23,534 bases of DNA, taken from positions 1 to 23,534 of the IMG/VR virus record IMGVR_UViG_2563366895_000003. One strand, 5' to 3'. The position numbers and the translations under genes were made by a program. The stretch comes from a virus. Lineage: Duplodnaviria; Heunggongvirae; Uroviricota; Caudoviricetes. Positions 9,843 to 18,897 of this stretch are shown here, piece by piece. The notes below the pieces were generated by a model, which did no database searches, was not told where the DNA came from, and worked only from the letters and a program-made list of their open reading frames with translations. Each line of letters starts with the position of its first letter. The stretch's first letter is position 1.

Positions 9843-10181
9843 CTATTTTTTGGTGCTATAAACTTTTTCGCCTGAGAAGTCTGGAGCGACCCAAAAGTTA
9901 ATATTAAACTGAGCATCATCGCTTAGTTCAACACGGTGCCAGTATTGTGGTGGGCTTGTTGCAAAAGAGCCAGCATTAATAACTACTTTTATCTCTGGTT
10001 CAGTAGTATTCTCATCAGCAAAACCATAATATGTTACAGTGCCTTCCATTACGCACAACTGCCCAAAAACACCTGCTGCTGTATTATGATGTGTTAATAA
10101 CGCTGAAGGTACGTTCTCTTTTGTGAAGAACGGAGTTGAGCGTTTGATTACCCAATCTTTAGGAATTCTCTTGTGTGTCAT
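9843..10181 (-). CDS. YeaR/DUF1971-like small protein, 112 aa (tentative family call)
   Basis: ATG at 10181 with GGAGGTG 5 nt upstream. The family call rests on my recollection of YeaR-type proteins and is tentative. Confidence 0.55.
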   Translation of the reverse strand: MTHKRIPKDWVIKRSTPFFTKENVPSALLTHHNTAAGVFGQLCVMEGTVTYYGFADENTTEPEIKVVINAGSFATSPPQYWHRVELSDDAQFNINFWVAPDFSGEKVYSTKK

Positions 10182-11052
10182 AACCACCTCCTATAAAACA
10201 TGTATTATAAATGCACCTTTTGAGGGGTTATGTCAAGCTCTTATGAAACACATAATTGATATGTTGATTAGAGGAGAAGATAGAATAAATATGGTTGTTT
10301 TTCGTATAACTACTTGTTTTGCTTTTGGTTTATGCATTCTATGTGTTAGGAATAAGTTATTAAAGCTTAATCAAGAAATCTCGATGTATTCCACATAGAT
10401 TACTGTTACTGAACCTTATTGTGTGCATTAGTTGTGTTCTGAAATTTCAGCTTAATTATTTATGATATATTTTTTAACGATAAATGTTTTCCCAGGTAAA
10501 AGACAGTTGGGAATAAGATAAGTAATATATCATTAATCTTGATTATTCCCAGGGTACCTTTACTGTGCATATAAATAAATCATATATGCATCAAATAATG
10601 TAAAGGCATCCTTTTAGATATGTCTTATCAAATGTTAATGACTTGAGTGGGAAACATGATTCCAGCAACTTATCATGTGGCTACTTTATAAAAATAATGC
10701 CCATATAAAACAACAAGCAAAAAGGATTACGGATAAAAAAGGAGCGAGATGTGCAAACTTGTTATTTTCCATGTTTAACCACCTTAAATAATTGATGATG
10801 ACGGGATGATTGCATCTGTAATGCTTTTATTGAAATGTTATGATAAAAAAGAACTTTTTCATAACATTAAAATGTAATTTAGCTAATCGTTTTTAATAAT
10901 AAGTGTCGTATTTCTATCCTTGTACCAGCTATTTGATATGTAGTGTTTGTTCATGCTATGTGGGGCTTTACACCATAGCCAGTTTATTTATACTTTATTC
11001 GTCAGCCTGAACAACTGGCATCTGCTGCACTGCGCCATAGAGAGATTGAGAA

Positions 11053-11652
11053 ATGGCGCATATACAACTGGTCAAACAAACTTCTTCTGGTTTACTTCTC
11101 CCGGCGACGCCGGAGAGTTGTGATTTTCTGCATCAAATTAAAATAGGCGAGTGGATACACGCTGATTTTAAGCGTGTGCGTAACTACGCATTCCACAAGC
11201 GTTTTTTCAAACTCCTGCAACTGGGATTCGATTACTGGACTCCGGTCGGTGGGGCGATCACGCCTCGCGAACGAGAACTGCTGTCTGGTTTCGTTGATTA
11301 CCTGTGCGAATCAGTTGGTCGGGAACACACGCCAGCCCTGAGTGATGCCGCAGAGCAATATCTGAATACAGTTGCGACACGCAGAACCCGGGATACGGCA
11401 TTGCTAAAGTCGTTTGAGGCTTTTCGCGAGTGGGTAACCATTCAGGCTGGATTTTACACCGAACATTTTTATCCGGACGGTAGCCATGGGCGTCGGGCGA
11501 AATCCATCGCTTTTGCGAATATGGACGAAACCGAGTTTCAGCAGGTTTATAAATCTGTTCTGAATGTGCTGTGGAACTGGATTCTGTTCCGTAAATTTTC
11601 CTCTCTGGAACAAGTCGAAAATGTGGCCGCGCAGCTGCTGGAGTTTGCGTAA
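11053..11652 (+). CDS. Lambdoid Nin-region protein (DUF1367-like), 199 aa
   Basis: ORF upstream of, and stop/start-overlapping (TAATG), the next gene; typical Nin-region position ahead of the Q candidate. Confidence 0.65.
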   Translation: MAHIQLVKQTSSGLLLPATPESCDFLHQIKIGEWIHADFKRVRNYAFHKRFFKLLQLGFDYWTPVGGAITPRERELLSGFVDYLCESVGREHTPALSDAAEQYLNTVATRRTRDTALLKSFEAFREWVTIQAGFYTEHFYPDGSHGRRAKSIAFANMDETEFQQVYKSVLNVLWNWILFRKFSSLEQVENVAAQLLEFA

Positions 11653-11942
11653 TGGTGGATTTACGTAAAGCGGCGCGGGGGCAGATGTGCACCGTCAGAA
11701 TTCCTGGCTACTGCAATCACGATCCGGAAACGTCTGTGCTGGCGCATTACCGACTGGCGGGAACGTGCGGAACAGCGACAAAACCACACGATATGCAGGC
11801 GGCGATTGCCTGTAGCTCATGCCACGATCTAATCGACGGGCGGGTAAAAACCAGCGATTACACCAAAGAAGAATTACGCCTGATGCATGCAGAAGGTGTT
11901 TTTCGCACACAAGAAATCTGGAGAAAGGAGGGATATTTGTGA
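11652..11942 (+). CDS. DUF1364/YbcO-like Cys-rich putative nuclease, 96 aa
   Basis: Cys motifs CTVRIPGYCNHD and CSSCHDLIDGR; position between a Nin protein and the Q candidate, as for ybcO in DLP12-type prophages. Confidence 0.65.
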   Translation: MVDLRKAARGQMCTVRIPGYCNHDPETSVLAHYRLAGTCGTATKPHDMQAAIACSSCHDLIDGRVKTSDYTKEELRLMHAEGVFRTQEIWRKEGYL

Positions 11943-12481
11943 TTTACCCAACGAATACAGGAAAAAGCGGAGAACACCTTCGTCTCGCCACGCTGGAAAG
12001 TGTCTGGATTCAGGGCAAACTGCGTATGTGGGGGCGCTGGTCGTATATTGGCGGTGGCAGGTCAGGAAATATGTTCAATCAGTTGTTGGCATCCCAAAAA
12101 TTGACGAAAACAGCCATCAATGAAGCCCTGCGCAGAATGAAAAAAGCGGGAATAGAGAAAGCTGAGCTGGAAGCGTTTTTGAGAGAGATGATCAACGGCA
12201 AGCAAAAGAGCTGGCTGGCGCATTGTACTGATGCAGAGGCGTTATGTATTGATCGAGTCATAAGTGAGGTGCTGGCAGAGCATCCAGGATTGATTAGCGT
12301 CCTTCGGCAACGGTATGAGGGGCGGGGAATGACCAAACGCAAAATGGCTGAATTGCTAAATGATGCACACCCAGAGTGGTGTTTTAGCACATGCGAAAAG
12401 CGAATTGCTAATTGGTTGGCCGTTGCTGAGTATGCGCTATACATTCCCATGCGAGAATCATTCGCTCAAAAAACGGCTTGA
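11939..12481 (+). CDS. Late-gene antiterminator Q candidate (positional), ~180 aa, GTG start
   Basis: GGAGGG Shine-Dalgarno 6 nt before a GTG that overlaps the preceding stop (GTGA). Last gene before a strong terminator, tRNAs and the lysis cassette. I did not recognise a Q-type zinc-finger motif, so the call is by position only. Confidence 0.45.
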   Translation: MIYPTNTGKSGEHLRLATLESVWIQGKLRMWGRWSYIGGGRSGNMFNQLLASQKLTKTAINEALRRMKKAGIEKAELEAFLREMINGKQKSWLAHCTDAEALCIDRVISEVLAEHPGLISVLRQRYEGRGMTKRKMAELLNDAHPEWCFSTCEKRIANWLAVAEYALYIPMRESFAQKTA

Positions 12482-12566
12482 TTTTTTACGCATAAACTGC
12501 TTCAATTTTGCTACGCTTCGCAAAGCTGTATCGCGTGGCGAATCAAGCGCAATTAAACTTTAATAG

Positions 12567-12597
12567 AACCCGCATCGAGCGGGTTTTGTTGTTTTTG
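12567..12597 (+). terminator. Strong rho-independent terminator (tR'-like position)
   Basis: Stem AACCCGC, loop ATCGA, stem GCGGGTT, then TTTTGTTGTTTTTG. Confidence 0.7.
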
Positions 12598-12833
12598 TGG
12601 GGTGATATAAGAAACGACATTTAATAATTGCCTTCAAAATAAATTTGTTTATATATTGTCGCGTATATTTTAAATGAAGGTGAAATGTTCACATAAAATA
12701 AAAATACATAAATAAATTTACATAACTTGACGAAAAGTGTTGTTGCGATTGGAATATTAAATCGTATTATCGAAAACGGTTCTGAGGGGGAACTCTTCTT
12801 TGATCGGTGATATCGCTCCCCTGAAGAACCAAT

Positions 12834-12909
<76 letters not shown>

Positions 12910-12912
12910 TAT

Positions 12913-12987
<75 letters not shown>

Positions 12988-13352
12988 GCATTTGAAACAA
13001 GCCTTATTGTATTGCGGCACTGGCGTATTTTTTATTACGTGGGAGCAGGTTGTTTTGGAAAAGCATTCTGTTCTCTGGCTATGATTTGAGGCCAGGTGTA
13101 GCCTCAGTGCTGATTTTTTTACGACAGCAGAATGGTGCATTATCGGTGGAGATTTTGTATTTCCTGGCAGGGTCGGTGATGCATCATTCTGGTGTTGTAA
13201 AAGCACCACAGAGGTGTTCCTCAGTGCGAGGGTAGTTTATATAGTGGTTTAGCGGGGAATCACAATATTTGTTGTAGGGACAGATATTTCGGGAGGCACC
13301 CGACACCTCGATTTTTATTACAATTAAAATGATTTATCTTATACATTGACCA

Positions 13353-13378
13353 ACCGCCATATCTGGCGGTTTTTTTTA
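13353..13378 (+). terminator. Rho-independent terminator after the tRNA pair
   Basis: Stem ACCGCCA, loop TATC, stem TGGCGGT, followed by T8. Confidence 0.6.
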
Positions 13379-13765
13379 TACCTGCATCAGACAAAAAAAG
13401 ACACGAGCATCCAGGAATACTCGTGGGACAACGTCCGTTAGATAGCAATTTGCGAGAGGGTGAAAAGTAGCGCGGTCGTCGGATTAAGACCGCGGGACAA
13501 AGTCCATGAAGAATAATAAGTATTGGCCCCCTTCTGGGGACATGTTCATACTACTAAGCTTCAGAAGTGGTTTAAATCATCAAATTAACCTTAATTTTCG
13601 ATAAGTCTTATTTCATTTCTTTGCGCCACATCTGGCGCGCATCAAATAACGCCACGCAAAGGGCATATGCGGATGCCGGTGCTTTTGACGGGGTGTTTTT
13701 TACGGGCCGCTGGTGGCCATTTTTTGTTTCCGTTACACAGCGCCCGCATCTGCGAGGTGGGGGTT

Positions 13766-13981
13766 ATGAAATCCATGGATAAGTTAACAACGGGTGTCGC
13801 CTATGGCACCTCCGCAGGCAGTGCTGGCTACTGGTTTTTACAGCTGCTCGATAAAGTCACGCCCTCACAGTGGGCAGCAATAGGTGTGCTGGGTAGCTTG
13901 GTATTTGGCCTGCTGACGTACCTGACAAACCTTTATTTCAAGATTAAAGAAGATAAGCGCAAGGCTGCGAGAGGTGAATAA
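13766..13981 (+). CDS. Class II holin (phage 21 S-like pinholin), 71 aa
   Basis: GAGGTGGGGG Shine-Dalgarno; dual-start motif MKSM; translation [50 protein letters not shown] ... KRKAARGE resembles S21 as I recall it. Stop overlaps the next start (TAATG). Confidence 0.85.
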
Positions 13982-14478
13982 TGCCTCCATCATTACGAAA
14001 AGCCGTTGCTGCTGCTATTGGTGGCGGAGCAATTGCTATAGCATCAGTGTTAATCACTGGCTCAAGTGGTAACGATGGTCTGGAGGGTGTCAGCTACATA
14101 CCATACAAAGATATTGTTGGTGTATGGACTGTATGTCACGGGCATACAGGAAAAGACATCATGCTCGGTAAAACGTATACCAAAGCAGAATGCAAGGCAC
14201 TCTTGAATAAAGACCTTGCCACTGTCGCCAGACAAATTAACCCGTACATCAAAGTCGATATACCGGAAACAACGCGCGGCGCTCTTTACTCATTCGTTTA
14301 CAACGTGGGTGCTGGCAATTTCAGAACATCGACGCTTCTTCGCAAAATAAACCAGGGCGATATCAAAGGGGCATGTGATCAGCTACGTCGCTGGACATAT
14401 GCTGGCGGTAAGCAATGGAAAGGTCTCATGACTCGTCGTGAGATTGAGCGTGAAATCTGTTTGTGGGGTCAGCAATGA
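13981..14478 (+). CDS. SAR (signal-anchor-release) endolysin, lysozyme-type, 165 aa
   Basis: Gly/Ala-rich N-terminal SAR segment ([23 protein letters not shown]) followed by a lysozyme-like domain; the position and holin pairing fit the R21 type. Confidence 0.85.
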   Translation: MPPSLRKAVAAAIGGGAIAIASVLITGSSGNDGLEGVSYIPYKDIVGVWTVCHGHTGKDIMLGKTYTKAECKALLNKDLATVARQINPYIKVDIPETTRGALYSFVYNVGAGNFRTSTLLRKINQGDIKGACDQLRRWTYAGGKQWKGLMTRREIEREICLWGQQ

Positions 14479-14939
14479 ACAGAGTAACCGCGATTATCTC
14501 CGCTCTGATTATCTGCATCATCGTCTGCCTGTCATGGGCTGTTAATCATTACCGTGATAACGCCATTACCTATAAAGCCCAGCGCGACAAAAATGCCAGA
14601 GAACTGAAGCTGGCGAACGCGGCAATTACTGACATGCAGATGCGTCAGCGTGATGTTGCTGCGCTCGATGCAAAATACACGAAGGAGTTAGCTGATGCGA
14701 AAGCTGAAAATGATGCTCTGCGTGATGATGTTGCCGCTGGTCGTCGTCGGTTGCACATCAAAGCAGTCTGTCAGTCAGTGCGTGAAGCCACCACCGCCTC
14801 CGGCGTGGATAATGCAGCCTCCCCCCGACTGGCAGACACCGCTGAACGGGATTATTTCACCCTCCGGGAACGACTGGTAATGATGCAGGCCCAACTTGAA
14901 GGAGCTCAGCAATACATAACCGAACAGTGTTTAAAGTAA
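14475..14939 (+). CDS. rzpR: Spanin inner-membrane subunit Rz, 154 aa
   Basis: ATG overlaps the endolysin stop (ATGA); N-terminal TM helix then coiled-coil-like region; contains an embedded +1-frame Rz1. Confidence 0.8.
   Translation: MNRVTAIISALIICIIVCLSWAVNHYRDNAITYKAQRDKNARELKLANAAITDMQMRQRDVAALDAKYTKELADAKAENDALRDDVAAGRRRLHIKAVCQSVREATTASGVDNAASPRLADTAERDYFTLRERLVMMQAQLEGAQQYITEQCLK
14695..14880 (+). CDS. rzoR: Spanin outer-membrane lipoprotein Rz1, embedded in Rz, 61 aa
   Basis: GAAGGAG Shine-Dalgarno 7 nt upstream; signal peptide with lipobox-like VVGC; proline-rich mature part ([15 protein letters not shown]). Confidence 0.75.
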   Translation: MRKLKMMLCVMMLPLVVVGCTSKQSVSQCVKPPPPPAWIMQPPPDWQTPLNGIISPSGNDW

Positions 14940-15076
14940 AATCTTAACTACAATATGATTTATTTTGATGATTGTTTCATAAGGAACAGTGAAGTAAGAT
15001 CTAAGAGGAGTTAAATTTTATACAGTATAATCATAATATTGCAGCAAGGTGGTTATAATTGAAAGAATATTTAGAT

Positions 15077-16534
15077 ATGAATACATCTCATGTAAGAGTT
15101 GTTACTCATATGTGTGGGTTCCTGGTTTGGCTCTATAGTCTTTCAATGTTGCCACCAATGGTTGTAGCATTGTTTTATAAAGAAAAAAGCCTGTTCGTTT
15201 TCTTTATAACCTTCGTTATATTTTTTTGCATTGGTGGCGGAGCGTGGTATACAACTAAGAAATCTGGCATTCAATTACGTACCCGTGATGGGTTTATTAT
15301 AATTGTAATGTTTTGGATTTTGTTTTCTGTTATTAGTGCATTCCCTTTATGGATTGACTCAGAACTTAATTTAACGTTCATTGATGCTCTTTTTGAAGGG
15401 GTTTCTGGAATAACAACAACAGGAGCAACTGTAATTGATGATGTTAGTTCATTACCTCGGGCATATTTGTACTATCGGTCACAGTTAAATTTTATAGGTG
15501 GTTTAGGAGTTATTGTTCTGGCGGTTGCTGTATTGCCATTATTGGGTATTGGTGGTGCAAAGCTTTATCAGTCAGAAATGCCGGGGCCATTTAAGGATGA
15601 CAAACTCACTCCCCGCCTGGCCGATACGTCACGGACACTGTGGATAACTTATTCTTTATTAGGTATTGCTTGTATTGTCTGTTATAGACTTGCAGGAATG
15701 CCTTTGTTTGATGCTATTTGTCACGGGATTTCCACAGTTTCGCTTGGTGGTTTCTCAACTCATAGCGAGAGTATCGGATATTTTAATAACTATTTGGTTG
15801 AGCTGGTGGCTGGTTCTTTTTCCCTGCTATCGGCTTTCAACTTCACTCTTTGGTATATTGTTATTAGCAGGAAAACGATAAAGCCTTTAATCAGAGATAT
15901 TGAACTTCGTTTCTTTCTGTTAATAGCCTTAGTGGTGATCATTGTTACCTCTTTCCAGGTCTGGCATATAGGTATGTATGACTTGCATGGAAGTTTTATT
16001 CATTCGTTTTTTCTTGCCAGCTCCATGCTCACTGATAATGGTTTAGCTACGCAGGATTATGCAAACTGGCCCACGCACACGATAGTGTTTTTGCTGTTGT
16101 CAAGTTTCTTTGGGGGATGTATAGGTTCAACTTGTGGTGGAATTAAGTCACTTCGATTTCTTATACTTTTCAAACAAAGCAAACACGAGATAAATCAGCT
16201 TTCTCATCCCAGAGCGTTGTTGAGTGTAAATGTAGGAGGGAAGATAGTTACAGATCGTGTAATGAGGTCTGTATGGAGTTTCTTTTTTCTTTATACTCTC
16301 TTCACGGTGTTTTTTATACTGGTGTTAAATGGTATGGGATATGATTTTCTTACATCATTTGCAACAGTGGCTGCATGTATTAATAATATGGGATTAGGTT
16401 TTGGGGCTACTGCATCGTCATTCGGAGTGCTTAATGACATTGCAAAATATTTAATGTGCATAGCTATGATTCTTGGTCGCCTTGAAATTTATCCTGTTAT
16501 TATATTGTTTTCAGGTTTTTTTTGGCGCTCCTAA
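15077..16534 (+). CDS. trkG: Trk-system K+ uptake membrane protein TrkG, 485 aa
   Basis: Polytopic membrane protein; translation from MNTSHVRVVTHMCGFLVWLYS matches TrkG as I recall it. Markedly AT-rich, no obvious Shine-Dalgarno, TATAAT-like boxes at 15026-15031 and 15054-15059. Confidence 0.88.
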   Translation: MNTSHVRVVTHMCGFLVWLYSLSMLPPMVVALFYKEKSLFVFFITFVIFFCIGGGAWYTTKKSGIQLRTRDGFIIIVMFWILFSVISAFPLWIDSELNLTFIDALFEGVSGITTTGATVIDDVSSLPRAYLYYRSQLNFIGGLGVIVLAVAVLPLLGIGGAKLYQSEMPGPFKDDKLTPRLADTSRTLWITYSLLGIACIVCYRLAGMPLFDAICHGISTVSLGGFSTHSESIGYFNNYLVELVAGSFSLLSAFNFTLWYIVISRKTIKPLIRDIELRFFLLIALVVIIVTSFQVWHIGMYDLHGSFIHSFFLASSMLTDNGLATQDYANWPTHTIVFLLLSSFFGGCIGSTCGGIKSLRFLILFKQSKHEINQLSHPRALLSVNVGGKIVTDRVMRSVWSFFFLYTLFTVFFILVLNGMGYDFLTSFATVAACINNMGLGFGATASSFGVLNDIAKYLMCIAMILGRLEIYPVIILFSGFFWRS

Positions 16535-16620
16535 TATATGGCTGATTTATAATTGTGAGTTTAATATTATATTGACTCACTCATTGATCCAATACCTAAC
16601 TTTACCAGCAACACCTCCGC

Positions 16621-16656
16621 CCCCAGTAGCACTGGCTGCTGGGGTGCGTTTTATTC
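16621..16656 (+). terminator. Terminator candidate downstream of trkG
   Basis: Stem CCCCAG ... CTGGGG followed by TGCGTTTTATTC; the T-run is interrupted. Confidence 0.4.
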
Positions 16657-16671
16657 ATAAAGCAAGGCTGT

Positions 16672-17259
16672 ATGAGCGAGAAATTAAAGATAGTCTATCG
16701 CCCATTACAAGAATTGTCACCGTATGCGCACAACGCCAGGACGCACAGTACTGAGCAGGTGGCACAACTGGTAGAAAGTATTAAGCAATTCGGCTGGACT
16801 AATCCGGTGCTGATTGACGAAAAGGGCGAAATTATTGCGGGTCACGGTCGTGTTATGGCGGCTGAAATGCTCAAAATGGATTCTGTTCCGGTCATTGTTC
16901 TGTCTGGCCTGACGGATGAGCAGAAAAAGGCGTACCGCTTGGCAGATAATCGCCTACCGATGAATGCTGGCTGGGATGAAGATCTGTTGCGGATGGAGCT
17001 GTCGGTCCTAATCAATGCTGATTTTGATGTCTCCCTGACAGGCTTCGGCCCGACAGAAATTGATGAACTGTTGACGGATGTTTTGCCCGGTACAGGAAAT
17101 AAGGAGGAGCCGTATACGACGAAAATTGATACGCCTGTTTATGAGCCGTCGGGCGGTAAACCGGATATCAGTGAACTGTACGACGATACGAAAACTCAGG
17201 AGCTGATCAGCCGGATACGTTCGGCGTCCCTTGAACCCGCCAGTAAAAGATCGCGTTAA
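16672..17259 (+). CDS. ParB-like nuclease-domain protein (YnaK-like), 195 aa
   Basis: ParB N-terminal-domain-type motifs (GHGRVMAA ... KKAYRLADN) with an acidic C-terminal tail; lies immediately upstream of the terminase remnant. Confidence 0.65.
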   Translation: MSEKLKIVYRPLQELSPYAHNARTHSTEQVAQLVESIKQFGWTNPVLIDEKGEIIAGHGRVMAAEMLKMDSVPVIVLSGLTDEQKKAYRLADNRLPMNAGWDEDLLRMELSVLINADFDVSLTGFGPTEIDELLTDVLPGTGNKEEPYTTKIDTPVYEPSGGKPDISELYDDTKTQELISRIRSASLEPASKRSR

Positions 17260-17488
17260 CTCAATGAATGCAATGTTCTGCAATGCCAATGGTGAGCGTC
17301 GCTATAAAGTTAATGTGAAGCGTTGTCCGGTATATGCCGAATCACTGGAGCAACAGGTCTGGGATGATAAGGGGGAGCCTGATAAAAAATCTGGCAATGA
17401 TCACCCGAATGATGCCGGAGGTTATTTCATCGTTAAGCAATTCCCTATTGTCAAACCGACCGGAAGAGTCACATCACTTCGGATTTAA
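17231..17488 (+). pseudogene. Terminase large-subunit C-terminal remnant (YdaY-like), ~85 codons
   Basis: Short ORF overlapping the 3' end of the ParB-like gene and ending 3 nt before the putative portal start; call is by position and a weak C-terminal resemblance (GNDHPNDAGGYF). Confidence 0.4.
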
Positions 17489-17490
17489 TT

Positions 17491-18897
17491 ATGGCTGATA
17501 TATCAACACCCAACCTCGACTATAACGATATGCTGGAAGCGTGGGATATTAACGACGCATTGATGGGCGGTACGCTTGAAATGCGCAGGCAGGGGGAAAA
17601 TTATCTCCCCAAATGGCCTAATGAAGATGAAGACGCTTATAAAAAACGCCTGTCTGTGGCTACGCTACTTCCTGTGTATGAAGAAAGCATCAAACAAAAT
17701 ATTGGGCGCATATTTGCAGAGCCGACAGTATTGAGTGAGGAAACGCCGGAAAAAATCAGGGAATATGCAGAAAATATCGACATGGAGGGGAGCCGACTGG
17801 ATGTGTGGGCGCAGCAATTTTTCAGTCTCGCATTTCAGTATGGTGTGGCACATGCGCTGGTGGACTATCCACGAACGGATATGAACGAGATTCGGACAAA
17901 AGCCGATGAAAACGCGGCCGGTGGTCGCCCGTACGTTACGATGCTGAATCCACGCCAGGTTATTGGATGGAAATCGAAAGTTGAAAAAGGGAAAGTTGTT
18001 CTCACTGATTTGCGTATAAAAGAGGTCATCATTATTGATGGTGATGATTTCGGGCAGAAGAAGGTGGAGCAGATCCGCCATATTATGCCCCGTCGAGTAG
18101 AAATTTATCGACGCAGCGAAGGTACTAATGGCGAATCTGTCTGGATGCTTCATGAGTCATGGAATACCAGCCGTGATGATATTCCTCTGGTAACACTGTA
18201 TACGAAGAAAACAGGGTTTATGCGTGGTACACCGCCATTGCTTAATCTTGGCTTGCTGAATATCAAGCACTGGCAAAGCCAGAGCGAGCAGGACAATATT
18301 CTTCATGTTGCCCGCGTTCCATTGCTGGTGGCCTACGGGCTGGACAGGAATGAAGAACTGACGGTTGGTGCATCCACCGCTACGATTTTTGAGGACAGAA
18401 CAAAAAATGGCCTCGAATATGTTGAACATAGTGGCGCAGCGATAGAATCTGGCGAAACATCACTTGAGAAGCTGGAAAATCAGATGCGTCATGCCGGCGC
18501 TAAACTTCTGCGGGCTGAAAATACATCCACCAAATCTGTTGATCAGACTAATGAAGAGCGGATGCAGGAACACTCGCCGCTTTATACAATGGCGAACTCC
18601 CTCGAAGATGCCCTCGATAATATTCTCCAGATAATGGCGGAATGGAGCGGAGAGAGTTGCGGTGGCAATGTGGATGTGCGCACTGAACTGGATGTATCTG
18701 CCCAGGTGTTTGACTCATCCTCCGCGCTGGCTGTTCAGTCATTGCGTCAGGGCGGTGATATACGTCAGATTGATGCGGTTCGGGTGTTGCAGGCGTTGAA
18801 ATTTATCGATCAGGATTCCCGTCCAGAGGAAGTGATCGATGAATTAAAAAATCAGAGTGTAATGCTGATGGAAATCAATGATGCAAACCGTGAATGA
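17491..18897 (+). CDS. Putative phage portal protein (positional call), 468 aa
   Basis: Large ORF directly after the terminase remnant and overlapping the next ORF; size and acidic C-terminus are compatible with a portal. No motif-level confirmation. Confidence 0.5.
   Translation: MADISTPNLDYNDMLEAWDINDALMGGTLEMRRQGENYLPKWPNEDEDAYKKRLSVATLLPVYEESIKQNIGRIFAEPTVLSEETPEKIREYAENIDMEGSRLDVWAQQFFSLAFQYGVAHALVDYPRTDMNEIRTKADENAAGGRPYVTMLNPRQVIGWKSKVEKGKVVLTDLRIKEVIIIDGDDFGQKKVEQIRHIMPRRVEIYRRSEGTNGESVWMLHESWNTSRDDIPLVTLYTKKTGFMRGTPPLLNLGLLNIKHWQSQSEQDNILHVARVPLLVAYGLDRNEELTVGASTATIFEDRTKNGLEYVEHSGAAIESGETSLEKLENQMRHAGAKLLRAENTSTKSVDQTNEERMQEHSPLYTMANSLEDALDNILQIMAEWSGESCGGNVDVRTELDVSAQVFDSSSALAVQSLRQGGDIRQIDAVRVLQALKFIDQDSRPEEVIDELKNQSVMLMEINDANRE

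Noticed and set aside
10123-10398. 91-aa plus-strand ORF overlapping the start of the YeaR-like gene
   Set aside because: Its 5' half is antisense to the YeaR-like coding start; only the 3' 35 codons lie in intergenic DNA, and those are listed as a low-confidence observation instead.
11258-12450. Minus-strand ORFs (144, 69, 71 and 123 aa) and a 78-aa plus-strand ORF overlapping the Nin/Q-region genes
   Set aside because: The plus-strand genes are tightly coupled (TAATG and GTGA overlaps) with good ribosome-binding sites; the overlapping ORFs lack both.
12727-12760. Possible sigma-70 promoter (TTGACG ... TATTAA) for the tRNA genes
   Set aside because: The spacer between the candidate -35 and -10 is about 22 bp, and alternative -10 hexamers are poor; not convincing enough to annotate.
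13050-13448. 61-aa plus-strand and 62-aa minus-strand ORFs between the tRNAs and the holin
   Set aside because: No ribosome-binding sites and the region is dominated by terminator and palindrome structures; more likely non-coding.
17665-18742. Minus-strand ORFs (162, 90 and 64 aa) inside the putative portal gene
   Set aside because: Antisense to a long ORF with a coherent translation; no Shine-Dalgarno sequences.
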